Shown: positions 49,752 through 63,249 of the stretch, in pieces | Layout: each line of letters begins with the position of its first letter | Position numbering within the stretch: the first letter of the stretch is position 1 | From: Bispira polyomma | Lineage: Eukaryota | Reading direction: 5' to 3' | NCBI GenBank assembly: GCA_965649765.1 | Contig: OZ287758.1 | Location: forward strand, 50,220,001-50,284,000 | DNA: 64,000 nt | The notes under the pieces: generated by a model | Told to the model about the DNA's origin: nothing | The model's input: only the letters and a program-made list of their open reading frames with translations | Database searches by the model: none | Translations under genes and position numbers: made by a program

Positions 49752-52700
49752 GATAAATGACATTGATCCATGTAATTTGAAGAGAGGTAAGCCTTTTTAT
49801 AACTTGTAAATTTCCTTTGGGATACTAGTATTGAATTTACCTTCTCATTTTTTCTAAAAAATTATAAGGTGACATAGTCACAGTTAATTCCCATTTTCAC
49901 AAGAATTTGGACTTTAAACTCTCTTATGTTATCCTTTAGAAATAATGTTTCCTAATTTTTTATTCACGTTATAAGCTTAAAAAAATGTAATTATGTTGCG
50001 AGTGAAGACAAAGTTATTGAAAAAGTACTTTACAATGTATTTTTATTTAATTCATCTATAATTTTTTATTTAGTTTTCTTTTATTACTGTTACAGTTCAC
50101 GTTATGATGTACATATGTCATTCATAATTTTAGAAAGATGATTCACGTATAGTGCCACTTTCCCCACCAAAGAAGATTAAAGTATCTGGTATGTATATCT
50201 TAGTTACCAAAATCACCACTTTCAAAAAAATAACTTTTTGTATAGTAAGCAATCTAGCTTGATTGGAAATAAAGTTTGTTAAGTTTTATATCATTCTAAA
50301 AGCAGTATTTGCACAATAATTACATTTTTCCTATCTATAATTCTAAGAGACATGATTTTGTATTTCTCATTGGTGTCTTCTGATTTTTGTAACATTTCTT
50401 TATAACATTAAATTGAAGTATTGATAATTTATAGATGCAAAAATAATGTTTGTAGAATTTTTGTCAAAACTGATTTGAATTTCTGGTATTAGTTTGGTTT
50501 ACATAACTCTAAATTTTGAAGAATTTAACCGTGACTAGGTTTTAAAAGTGACATTTGTTTGCATAAAACATTTATTACATATGATAGTGCCTGAAGAAAT
50601 ATCAATATGTTACCATGATGTATTAATTACCAGTAACACAAGTAATTTGTTCCTGTTAATCATAGAGTTTGATTCTTTGGGCCTAATTTTTATCAAACCA
50701 TTGTATGTATTATTTCTCAGAAGACAATGCTATGAAACAAGGACACGGACTGATTTAATCTGGGCAAGGCCCCTCCCCATTTTATTTTATATTTGAAAAC
50801 TATTACTGCTTGCTTGGCATGTCATTTCAGGTGTAAAAACACTTTGATAATAACAAAAGTTTATGTAATATGGACAATCTTCAGGTAAGGTTATCGCAGT
50901 ACGAAGTAGCAAGTACTCATAAAGTGTGTTTATTTAGCCTTTTTTTGGCATCCTCTGTAAGCTGCTTTCTAATTTTGTATATGATTTTGTTTGATACTAA
51001 AGTTGGACATTGGAACATTTGAACAATTTGTTTAAGTTTTATTGTAATTATTTGTAGGTATCTATCAGCTCAGGAGGTGAAGTTAGCAACTCGTTTTAGT
51101 ATTTTTAGTTTTATTTTTTACAGTAAATGTTTCTGTTTCAGTTTATGTTTTAAGACAAAACATGTACAGCGAAGCAGAATCCTGTAAGTGTAGCGACACC
51201 CTGCTAATAGTGGAACAGAGATTCATCAGATTGGCATTTTTATTCAATTCTTTACAGCCGTGTCACCAAAGTACAAAACAGTTATGCAATATAAATATAG
51301 CAATAGTTTTTACTTCTTAGTATCCAAACGAATGGGATATTAGTGTTGAAATGTTGGGGATGATTATTTCTAACTCTTCAAAGCACAAAAATATGATTGT
51401 TATTTCTTCTGCTGTAGCACTGTTGTATGTTATGTGTCCTTTTCTTATCGTTACTAGATTCTAAACAGAAATGGAAAAAAAATGATCAAGTGATCAACAA
51501 ATTTTCATACCCCAAGTGTAAGGTCGAAGTAGTCAATTTGAATTGTCACCTAGCGACAGTCAACAAATCTACAGAGGGATACAGGACAAATCCTCAATAC
51601 ATTTTAAAAAGAAAAAACGAGGCTAAAGTTACCTTGAATACACTAAGTTATAATTGCTTACAGTCACATGTTCCTTATCTTATCGTTTTGCGTTTGGCTT
51701 GTGTGAATGTATATTTTTACCGCAATGATTATTCAGTCTTTGTTTCCACCAAACTTACTCCATGTTTTTTGAAAATTACCAAACAGATATATATTTTTCT
51801 TACAAGTGTGATCAATTGTAACACAGGGCTACTCTTTTTGTAGAGCCGAGGGGGGCGGCATACAAGCTGACCAATTCATCAGAACTCCAAAATCCCAGCC
51901 AAGATGGTATCCTTTAAACAAACATAGAAAGTAGAGTGGGGTATTCATCTTCCCACAACATCCTTACTAATTAAAATTCATAATAATAATTTTTATTTAA
52001 AATTGTGTTGTAGAAGAAGAGCTATAATCATGTCCGTTGTGTGACAACTTAAGAACAGACCAAATTTTTACATATATAATTGATTAAATGTATTGATTAA
52101 GGAAAATACATGTCTTCAACAATGTCTAAAATGTTCTAAAATCCTAAATTGTAGGGCTTTTAAAATATATATTTGAAGCTAAGCTAATTCATATATGAGT
52201 AGTAAACTATCATGTCATAATAAAAAGTTTTTGAAATGTAAACAAGGCATAGTAATTGTTCACTGCTATTTTCAGACTTATTTATGTTGAAATGAACAAT
52301 TTTTGGAACTTAAACCAACACCATTGTACGGTATATATAAAATTAAGGAATTATCTTTGTAACTAGCAAAATTTTAGCTACTTAATTTTTTTCCTGAAGC
52401 ATCCCTTGAAAATGGAGCTTATATATTTTTTTAAACATGAAGCTCAAATTTTGTAAATTTTGTAGAGACGCCACCAGCCGTACAAACATACTGGAAATTT
52501 GCAAGAGGTAAGTGTGGAAATATTAGTCCTGATAATATTGTGTTCCATTTTTGTATATATACAAATAATGTTGATAATCTTTATTGAATATTAGTAATAG
52601 TCTCTAAGGTTCACTATTTTTAGTTGAAGACCTCTAACGTGAGCATTGGCTGGTTGCATGATATATTATATGCCCTGTTGGTACAATTTGTTTTATGTTT

Positions 52701-53030
52701 TGGGAGTATTTTAAGATAGATGATTATCAAGATAGCTAAAATAGACTCGCATGAAATAACCTTCACCTCCCTTCAACCTGCCTTTATTAAAGGCTATTCT
52801 TATTGCAAATCAAACGATTATTACCAACTTAGAGCTCATTAGTAAATGTAATCAAGATAAATATTGATTTGTAATTCAAAATTAACTCAGCTTGTAAACA
52901 TTTTGACAACATAAAGAAAGTCAAGCATGTATAAACTTACATTACAGAACAGCTTTGCAAAGTATTGCTTTTAGTTTATGTTCAAGAGATTTCTCTTTTG
53001 CAGACAACACAACCAAAACACCAACATGAA
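49752..53030 (+). CDS. Putative 3' small exons of a host gene (Tyr-motif cytoplasmic-tail-like)
   Basis: Canonical AG/GT-bounded micro-exons: 49752-49786 (INDIDPCNLKR), 51155-51183 (QNMYSEAES), 51844-51906 (EPRGAAYKLTNSSELQNPSQD), 52466-52507 (ETPPAVQTYWKFAR), terminal 53004 (DNTTKTPT*). The last four join in frame. Confidence 0.4.
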
Positions 53031-53859
53031 ATAGCTATTGAGCCCAAACCACTACCTGACAAAAGCTACCAGCCTGACAAAATAAATATTTATGATCTAC
53101 TCTCACGTAATTATGATGTTTTGGTGGTTGATACTGGCCAGGTGATACAATGAATCATATCACCCGGCGCCTATGAAAATGCATATGAAAACTGTTGTAG
53201 TTACAGGAATTTCCAAGGTTTTAGTCTTAGTTTTATACAATATTTCAAATAGAAAGTCGATACACTATGTCGTAGCAACTCTGTACTCTGTGCTTGTATT
53301 ATGTAATTTGCTGTGAATTTTTTATATTTTGGGCTTTATCTGACTGTTTTGGGTTACATTTTCACCTGCATAATAATACCCTTTAGAAGTGGATAATAAA
53401 ACTAAAACAAGAAGATAAAAAGCACAAAACTAGCCCTGCCAAACTGTTATTGAACTGTTTATCTTCTTTTGTCATGTTATTTTTTAACATACACCACAGC
53501 TTTCAAGAAAAGTAATTTTACTATTATAGAGAACATATCAAATTAAACATCTGAAAATATATGGAAAGTTGTGTCTGAACATTTCTGTATTATTGTAAAC
53601 ATGTACAAGGGTGCCTGTGCTAGTCACTTGGTAATTGCAGCATGTGTAGTGCTAATATTTTTTCTCTTTGTAGGAGTACCATTATTATAAACTTTCAACT
53701 TTGTTTTGAATTGCAATATGTGTGCTATTTATCAGAAGCAACAATCACTACTTTTAGTTTTTTTAGAACTTGAGAGAGAGAATGACTTTGTGGGCTACAT
53801 GCCATCTGAACTGGGCAGTGGGGTAAACCAGAGAATGTGGTCAAACATTTATAACAGAT

Positions 53860-54520
53860 TGATTATGTCCACAGTGGGGGGGTGGACATATTATTTTTGC
53901 TTTTTCCGCCGTCCGTCACGTTTGGTTTCCGGTCATTTCAAGGAAAAGTAGCTACTTACTTACTTTTATGTACTTCTTTTGTTTCCGGGCATTTTAAGAA
54001 AAAATATTTGACATATCTTTACCAAATTTGGTATGATTAATAGTTAGGTCAATAGCTTGCTTGGGATTGCTTTTAGTGATAATAGCTATATAACTGACAC
54101 AGCAATAGCTACTTAGCTACTTTTAGTAGTAATAGCTACATAGCAAAAAACATAAATATGTCTATCTCCTAAACCGTGCGAGATTTCGTCGAAATTTTCA
54201 ACCCTCAGGGTATGTAAGCAATGTACTCTTGGCAATTTTGAAAAAAAATTTACTTTCCCCAAAAAATGGCAGCCATTTTGAATTTTCGAATTTTTGCCAA
54301 AAATGGAAAAAACGTAAATTTGCTTCTATCTCCTTAACCGTGCGAGATAGATCGTTTTCGTCGAAATTTTCGACCCACAGGAAATCTGAAAAATGTACTC
54401 TTGGCAATTTTCGAAAAGTTTTCCTCTCCCCAAAAATGGCGGCCATTTTGAATTTTCGAATTTTTGCCAAAACTGGAAAACCACAAATTTGCTTCTATCT
54501 CCTGAACCATGCGAGATAGA
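53860..54520 (+). mobile_element. Helentron-associated (HINE/Pearl-like) non-autonomous element with approximately 160-bp internal tandem repeats
   Basis: Start ttatgtccac...gtggacata hairpin, ccgtccgtc microsatellite seed, tandem ctatctcct.aaccgtgcgagat...aaaatggcggccattttgaa units. Confidence 0.6.
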
Positions 54521-54889
54521 GCAATTTGTTATTACTCTCACACACTGCCCATCAATTGATTTCTTCTGAGCTTTCAAAGAATTCACGCACAGATAATTCA
54601 ACGAACAATAGCTTTTTCTTGATCTTGCCTTAGTAGACACACCACATACACCCTTCCTTTGGTGTAAATAAAAAATTAGGAAACTTGTGCACCCTTCTTT
54701 TGATACAAATAAAATAACATGAAATTTATGCACTATTCCTTTGATTTAAATAAATAAACTTATGAAAGTTATACATTAACCTGAAAAAAATTGGACCTTA
54801 ATCACTTGTAAATGTAGTTTATCATTACCTTGCATCAGATTTTTATAAATAATAGTTAAATTATCTGTTGTGAAGAAATTTTGCAAAAT

Positions 54890-55160
54890 TGATGGCCAAT
54901 TTTCCCACCCATCACTTTAGCTGATGGCCAATTTTCCTGATCGGATTTTTTGCTGATGGGATTCACTTGATAAACTTTTTTCCTGATGGGCGTTTTTCAG
55001 AAATCTGTTACATGGTGTACACTACTAGGCAGTGCTTGTGTAAATGTGTTATGTACCATTTAGTTAGACAGCATTTTGTCCCCCTTGCAATTTTGACTGC
55101 CATTTTGTCCCCTCGGTATTTTGTCCGACGACATTTTGTCCGACGACATTTTGTCCGTGC
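54890..55160. repeat. Subterminal short repeats of a DNA transposon (ctgatggccaatttt; cattttgtcc about x5)
   Basis: Visible arrays at 54890-54995 and 55072-55157. Confidence 0.5.
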
Positions 55161-56079
55161 AGTTGAAATAATTTACATGTATACTAATAAACTTTGGAGT
55201 ATCGTTGATATATTTTACAAACAAAACATTCCTGTTAGACTACTGTGCAATTGTTCCAGAAGGTTCATGGGGTGGACATTACACATGCTAATGTGTGTTC
55301 TTCTATGCTATCCTGTTTCTTTTCATATGTTGCAGCTACTCGTAACAGGGCGTCCTATTTCTAGTTCATTGTCAAAACTGCAGTAAATTCAAAATAGATG
55401 CGGCCAAAAGTTTGATCAACTTTGTTTAGTATTTGATGAAAATAAATTATCTTTCACGGTATTCTTTAAATTTCTTAAATTTGGAACCCCTTAAAACCTT
55501 CATAATGAGTGGGTTAATTCACAAAATAAAAAACAACAAATGATGACCAAAGACATTCTGAATGACCCAACCAAAGTTACTCCTGATGACCTAAATACTT
55601 ACGTCAATAGTGCAAGGTCAGACATTGGTAATTCAAACAATGTCTTGCAACAAGGATGTCCCGTATTCAAGTTTAAATCGGGCCATGCACACCCTTTTGA
55701 GAAACTTTTTAGTCCTGAATATTGCAATAAAAAATGGACATAGGGCAGGATTTATCACTAATTTGACAATTTCTGAATAAAAAGAGGCCAAAGCTTACTT
55801 AAAGGCAGGTCACCATGTTGTTTTTGTCCATGAATACAAAACGAGAAAAACCTGTTGGCCAGTGAACATGGTGATGTCTAAAACTCTTTACAAATACATG
55901 AGTTAAGTTGAGCCACCTGGTCGTTGTGCTAATGTCGATCCTACTGCCAAATGAAACTGGGGACCTGGCAAAGTTTATGCTGCATAACAAAGCAGTTTAG
56001 CATGGTGTGTACAATGACCCGAGTTGAACCAGAAATAATGTAAACAGGATAGAGAATTGAGTTCCCTTTTTCTTAAAGG

Positions 56080-57500
56080 TAATTTTGTTTATTTGAACAA
56101 CAAATATACACATTAACTACAATGCAATACTATAACACAATAAAAAGATACAATGAAACAATAACACAAATATTTTAAGTTAAAACTTATAGTATACACG
56201 TCCTTTATATATGTTTTATTATACATTTGGCCATGTAAATGGAGCATACAGAGGAGAATATGTTCTCTTTATATATAAGATGCACCTACGGACTTGGATG
56301 GTATTGATTTTTCTTCTCTTGTGATAAAGTTTTAAAATAGGAAAATTACCCAAATAACACATATTATATGATACAATGTAGTAACAATTTTGATGTGTAT
56401 TAATTGTCATTCAACAGAATGATTCTTCAATTTGGCCCACTTTTTATTACTGCATGTGAGGGCTCAAGTTGTACATTTATTTTTTCTGGACAAATTAACC
56501 ACTAAATTTCTAGCTATAATATTTACATAGATATTGGAATTTTATCAATTTCAATATTCATCGCAGAACATATATTTCAATAGTTAACTGTGATTTATTT
56601 GGCACTTCAGATGTCACTTTGCATGTGTATGATTAAGTTTGTCAAATTGAAAAAAGTCATGTTTTTTGTTGTGAGTAAAAGTGAGTTATAAATTCTCCCA
56701 TTTCAGTTGTTATATTACCATATGACATTACTTAATTTAATAGACTTTATGTGTTGTTTGCAGTACATATTGCCTTTATTTATCCATAGTTTCTGTAAGC
56801 ACAACGTATGACCTTAAACAATAAAATATATCATTTTACAAAGAACCAATACTTATGTATTAATATCTGAGGCCATTATTTGGAATAATAACTGAGAATG
56901 AACATTTTAATATATTCGACAACTCATATAAGTTGATTTTTTAAGTGCACCAAAAATTTTGCTTCCAATATTGGCCCATACATCATAGATAAGCCTATAA
57001 TATATCATCGATACATTACTAAATCACTGTATTCTAATATTTAACGTACCAAAATTTATGTTATATCGGCAATCTCCCTTCCAGATGAGAATTTTAAAAT
57101 GTTTTATATCAGTCAATATTGTTATTCCTGTGAATGTTTCAATATATGTAATAAAGGTGTTGTATAGCAAATCTTCTTTCCTGCATTATATTCATCAATA
57201 GAACCAACTTTGTACAAGTACAGAGTTTGGTTAGATCCTATTTTATTGTTATTGTCATTCTGATTCAAACATGTATACATTTTCATTACATGATTCAACT
57301 TTTTTAATATCTTTTATGCTCGTTGTGGACAAAGCTAGGTTTTTCTAACAAAATTTCCTTGTTGTTATAAATATTACTAACTCTTGCTACCAACCTAAAT
57401 CTAAGCTAGTGTCACTGCATGTGTAGGATTTGTTATACAATTTATTGAATTAAAATTCCCTACTCATGTATTGTTTAATACTAGTATACCTGAATGGTGA
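56080..57500 (-). mobile_element. Highly degraded L1/Tx1-like LINE 3' region (related relic at about 46260-46790)
   Basis: Minus-strand aataaacaaaa tail near 56090, LYKVG-like segment, and a ggcaatct(t)ccc block shared with 46355. Weak. Confidence 0.3.
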
Positions 57501-57904
57501 ATTAGTCATGTAGAATTGGTAACTATTTGGTAAGACTGGTGTAGAGTGTGCTAAGGTAACAATTTAACCATATACCAAGATAATATACTCTCTTTGCAGG
57601 GCACTCCTACTGCACCGGCTAAACATTAAATCTTGGCTTCCATGGTTGATGAGCATGCACCAATGTAAGTACATAAAGGTTGCACAGATTTTGTGTCAGA
57701 TGACATCGTGAAATGCTGCAATCAGACATGTGGCATATTTATACATACCTAAACAGATATAGTATATAACAGTAATACTACATAAAGAGCAGATGTTAGC
57801 ATATATTTCTGATCTTGTATTACGATATGGACAATGGTTTTCCTATATGTTCAGGGTCACATTAAACCCTATGGGTATGCTGAGGACCATGCCTTGTCAG
57901 TTCC

Positions 57905-59064
57905 ACAGGCAAACTGTGTAATCAGGGATTTCACGAAAATCTCGAAATTTTAGTCATTTTGTGAAATCCCTGATTCACTTAAGCAATTCGCGAAATGAGT
58001 GAAATTTCCAGGGATTTGATGAAATGACTGAAATTTGCCGTCTATAATTACACAGATTGCCTGACTGGTAATATATGATTTCAGGCAATTGATGTAATAG
58101 ATATTTTATAGAAAAAATGAAATGAAAATATGGACATATTTGATTTATAGTTTTATATTAGCTAAATTGATTGAACATCATAGGCTTTGAAGTGACTCTT
58201 TGCATAAATACTGACCACACATGCAATCAAACACTAATCTTTTTAAGCAGTTGCCTCCTGTAAGGTCATCCCTGAATAAGTTTTGGTCTTTAATATCAAA
58301 TATCTTGGTACCTTTTAATGTTTGCCACTACAATAATTTTAAATCAGCAGCAAATAAAAAGTGATTCAAGTCTGAGTAAGATAATATGAGATCTGGGAAG
58401 TGTATTACATTGATAACTGCAATCAGATTCATTTGCTGGGTTGTGGGTTTATAAAAAGGTAACCTCATTAGTGAACCTTCACTTTTAAATTTTTTGGCAA
58501 ATTTAATTGCTGTATTTAACTGTGGAAATGGTTTATGATGATAAGGAGCTTCAATTTCAAAAAATAAAATGACTTATTTCAAAAGTTTGCAAAGTGTCAA
58601 AAGTATTAGCTTTAAAGAGATATGTACATTTCAAACATTGAAGATCTAATACTTGCTTCCCATGGTACTTCATCAAAATCCAGACATGGCTTACATACTC
58701 AACAAATATAAGGTTCTTCATTGTGCAGATATTAAGAGGCTGATTAAGAAATGTTCATCCCCAAAGGATCCTCTTATGTACTTTGTCTGCATTGAAGAGA
58801 CATATGAAATATTGTCTATTTTTAATTGCTGTGTAACTTGTATGTATAAAAAAATGAACTTTTTATGATGTAAAAGTTTTATTTTTTTAATAATTCCACT
58901 ATTTTAGGCAATTTGCGAAAAGCCTAAGCCATAAAATTGGTCATTTCGCGAAATCCCTGGAAATTTTAGTCATTTTGCGAAAAGCCTCAGTGAATCAGGG
59001 ATTTTTTGAAATGACTGAAATTTTCAAGGATTTCGTGAAATCCCTGATTACACAATTTGCCTGT
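57905..59064 (+). mobile_element. Internally deleted TIR DNA transposon with a KRBA2/SCAND3-like integrase fragment
   Basis: Long TIRs acaggcaaactgtgtaatcagggatttcacgaaa / tttcgtgaaatccctgattacacaatttgcctgt. Internal 58680-58815 encodes YILNKYKVLHCADIKRLIKK...LMYFVCIEETYEIL. Confidence 0.75.
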
Positions 59065-59087
59065 TACATATATACCTTTTCCAGGTA

Positions 59088-59226
59088 GGCCAGGTGTTCC
59101 ACCGGGTGCAGTTTAGCATCTAATCACAGGCTGTCACCTCTGCGTGGGTTCGCCTCCCACAAGTGACAAATGCTGTGGGCCGGTCCCAATATGACCCTGG
59201 CTGTTGAACGGGATGTAAAACCCTAA
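59088..59226 (+). mobile_element. tRNA-derived SINE
   Basis: B-box gggttcgcctccc and tail ggctgttgaacgggatgtaaaaccc. Confidence 0.6.
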
Positions 59227-61074
59227 GCTTTGACTTTGTCCACCGGTTGCAGTATCGGAAAGCATGAACAAACCCAAACTCCACAAGATGGGAGAGAATA
59301 CACCAATGTCACTTTCACAATCCTGGCAAGTGTTGCCCCAACAAATCAGTATGTACCAGTTGTTATTTTTACATTTTCATAGCTTAAAACATTACTAGCT
59401 GTAAGGGTGAATATGTCCTCCTGTATTGCCTTTTAAGAGATGGCTAATATGTTACTTGCTTATTTTTTTTCATAAAAATAACAAAATTTTAATGATGGGT
59501 ATACATTATCAAAATTTTATGTTTTTAAAGAATCACACCATATACCATAGTATGCACACATTACTTTATCATATGGGAAAAAAATTAATGGAAATTACAA
59601 GTATGAGCTACTATATTTTCTCTTGTATATCAGACATTGTAAAAATATTTGCTAAAATACTTTGTAATATTACAGTAGGATCTTTTCTTGTTCTAGATGA
59701 CCTTCCACCCTTGTATCAATATCAATGTGATGCCAAACGTGATACAGGCCAACCTTGAAGTGGCCAAACAAACAGGGTCAACCAGAGAAAAAAATTTTTA
59801 ATCATATCCGTACAATGGATCAGCAAAAATTGAAAGTGTGCTCTTTTGATTGTTTACTCTGTCAGAAATAAGTACTTTTAAATAATACCTTTAACAGGCT
59901 GTGTTTTGGACTATGATCTTGATTACAGAAACTTGACTAAAACAGGATGGACATTTGGATGTTATAAGAGATTTAACACAGGACAGGTACTCCTTTATAT
60001 TCACCGGATCGATACAAGTTGTAGTAGAGTTGGCTTGTTTTTTAAGAATAATATTTAAATTGTCTAAGATCGATATTAATAATATTTTTAAAACTCTGGA
60101 ATTTTCTGGAATGTACAGTATCTCTGGACAATAACTTTTTATGATTATTGTTATCCTTAGCTCACTGCCAAATGATTTCAATGATTTTATTATCAAACTC
60201 GACAATGAATGATAGGCCTAAAGACACCCTTAAGCCCATTGCACATCGAATACGACACGATACTGCAAAAAAATAGAAACCTAATCAAATAACCAGCCAT
60301 TGCACACTAAAGCCGGCGCAACGCGACCCGTTTTTTTTTTTTTTTTTAAATAAAAATTTCTCTATTTTTTGTCATGTTGCGCCTGAGTCGTTCACAGAAA
60401 TGCCGAAGAAAACACCTACTAATGGTTTTTTATACTGACTAGTCATTGATCCATTAAAAGAATTTCAATTAGTAACAATTGCTACCCAATTTTCAAATAA
60501 AATTTTCACTCCTCAATTGTTAATTACCAATTCTTAATTGCATTACTTACCAAATTTTTATTAATATGGGCAGATAGTAATTAACTTTACAAATTTATCT
60601 AACTTCTTTAAACTGTGTTTACAAGTTGCTGTCAGAGTTTGTTATCGACTTTGAGACAAAAACCCACTGGAAAAGTCTGAGTGAAAGAGAAGTGGCAGAG
60701 GATTTTGTACATATCTTTATAGAAGGGACCCCAGAAATGCTGAGTAAAGCCAATGACATTTTGAGGGCAAATGGTCAAGATGTAATTGCTTACTTACATA
60801 ATGGCATGGAGTAAAAAAAAAGTGGTTTAGTTAATGGACAATATCAACAAAATAAATTTTTAATCAAATGGATTTTACAATGACTAATACTTTAAAAATA
60901 CTTGCTTACCTGTCGATGGACCAAAACTTTTGGCATATTAATTTAATTATATTGGTTATCAGAAGATATATATATCAATGTTCAAAAAAAGGTTATGTAT
61001 TAAATATTTATTCCTTGCCAAAAAAAGCAAAAAGAAAATATTTGAAACAAAAATTACTTTATAAAATAAATTCG

Positions 61075-61187
61075 CAAGATAATAAAATTGGTACATTCCG
61101 AAGATAATAAAATTGGTACATTCCGAAGATAATAAAAATTCCAAAGATAATAAAATTGGTACATTCCGAAGATAATAAAATTGGTAA
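61075..61187. repeat. 25-bp tandem repeat aagataataaaattggtacattccg
   Basis: Four to five units, one truncated. Confidence 0.9.
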
Positions 61188-63249
61188 AAGGTGGATTATG
61201 TGGGAACATATTTTTACAGGAATTGATATTTAAAAATAGTCTCTATTTTCTGGTATATAAGGAACTATAATATATAAATAGCTAATTGTCTAAAACAAGG
61301 CTTTTAACATTTTAAATTTTTCTATTTTGTAAATATATCCAATGTGAAGTGTTTAGTTTCGCTAAAAACAAATCTACTATTATAATCATAAGAGTGTACA
61401 CTTTACAACTACTGTTTTGTTATGTTTGAATTGCTGAATTAATGTTTTTACTGAAGAAATTATTTTAGGTTGTAGATATATAGTTTGATTTAATTGTTAA
61501 AACTTTTGTATGTGTTTTGCATTAAAAAATGGTTGAAACATAAGTAATCACTTTTTAATTTTGTTTTATCTTTATTTGTGAATAGATTTTAATAAGCCAT
61601 TCATTATTGGATGCAGCATATTGACACGCCAATAGTACAGATTACTCAGTAATTGCCTGAAATTCAACATTGTCGAAGAAAAACGAACTACAAGTTTGGT
61701 ATATATGTAGATATTCTTAAAGCTAGATTATGAAATGTTTAGAATCCTCTCTGTTGGTGAACTCTGTTCATAACAGACTGAACATGAGTAACACAAGTAT
61801 TGTATTAAATGATAATTGAATATAGCATTAACATTATGTTTTTAAGGATGTTGTTTTGTGTACAACAAGGCCTTATATGTGGGCCATATTCAGTCTCAAC
61901 TTAGTAGATTTGTCATGTATAACCTGTAAAGCCTTAAAAATTTATATATCTCGAACATTTATTTAAGTACAATGACATCAAGAACTTTATATATTCCAGG
62001 TTATTTTACGGGTGAACAAACCTATATAAGGGTTATCCACCTGAGCGACAGGCCTATAAGCTCAAGATACTATGCAGATGGTCTACAAAAGTATCACTAC
62101 AATCACTGACCCTTATGTAATGAATGAAAGAATGATATATTAACCATGAAGTATGGTCATAATTTTCAAGTGTGAAGTATTTTCTGTAAACCTTTGGCTT
62201 GTAATAATACTGACTTAAAGTAACTGAATTTGGCTGTATTCTGGATTTGCATGTACATGTTAAGTGCAATTAAAAAATCCTAGTTTAACTCATCTTTGCA
62301 AGGCTAACAATTTCTAAAATTACAAATATACATGTTCAATATAGTTTTTCACTAAAACATCAATTATTTTATTTTTATCATGTAAATATATTAAATTCTC
62401 TGAGTGTTGCATAACTTATATATATATCAATAAATGTACGTGAAATGTTCTACTTCGGTTAAAGTGTGGAGATGTTTTATAGTTGTTGTTATTGTAAATC
62501 AGAATTTTTTTTATGACTCATTCAGCGAATGTATTTTAGAAAAGTTGTCGGTGATGTAGATGTTTGAACATTATGATCGGAACCTCAATATGTTTTTGAC
62601 CATCAGATTACAAGTGTGACCTTGAAATATTCTTCTACAGAAAAGAACAATACTGTATAATCCATCAGAAAACCAAGTGCTTTAACTCCCTACTCGGCAA
62701 ACCATCTAATTAAAAAACTATATTTCAACATTCTAAACCCGAGAAAGGGTCAGCACAAAGATTCTTTTTTGGTATACATCTCAGTAAATATAAAAGCCAG
62801 ATATTTCTAAAAAAATGACAACCTTGTTCGATAGGTGATGTAAAAGAGAATAAATTTTTCTTTCTTTCTTTCCTTCCTTTAATTTTTCCAAAAATATAAG
62901 TCCAAAGTACACGGGTCAAAGGTTAACTTTTTTGTAAATGATGCTCCTACTCTATGGAATAGTATAAAGGAGGCTCTTGTTAATATTTTTTTTGTTCTAA
63001 TTACTTCATTAGAAACTGTATATAATTAACACATATCGTTAATGTTATTAAAAGTGAATGTAATTAAACAGTTTAAAGTAAGTCAAGCAAATGAATATTA
63101 TTAATCAAGTTTAAAAATAACAAGGCAAATGTTATTTGAAGTTTATAGTTAAAAAGTAAATACCACATTGTCAAGTAACTAATTATTATGTCAGTATATA
63201 AGTTAAAAGCATCATGTTTATTAATGAATCTTTTGTAAGTATATGGTAT

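Noticed and set aside
54198-54733. Overlapping ORFs on both strands
   Set aside because: Artefacts of palindromic tandem repeats in a non-coding HINE-like element.
60626-60814. 62-aa helical ORF, possibly a death-fold terminal exon
   Set aside because: Isolated, with no partner exons or diagnostic motif.
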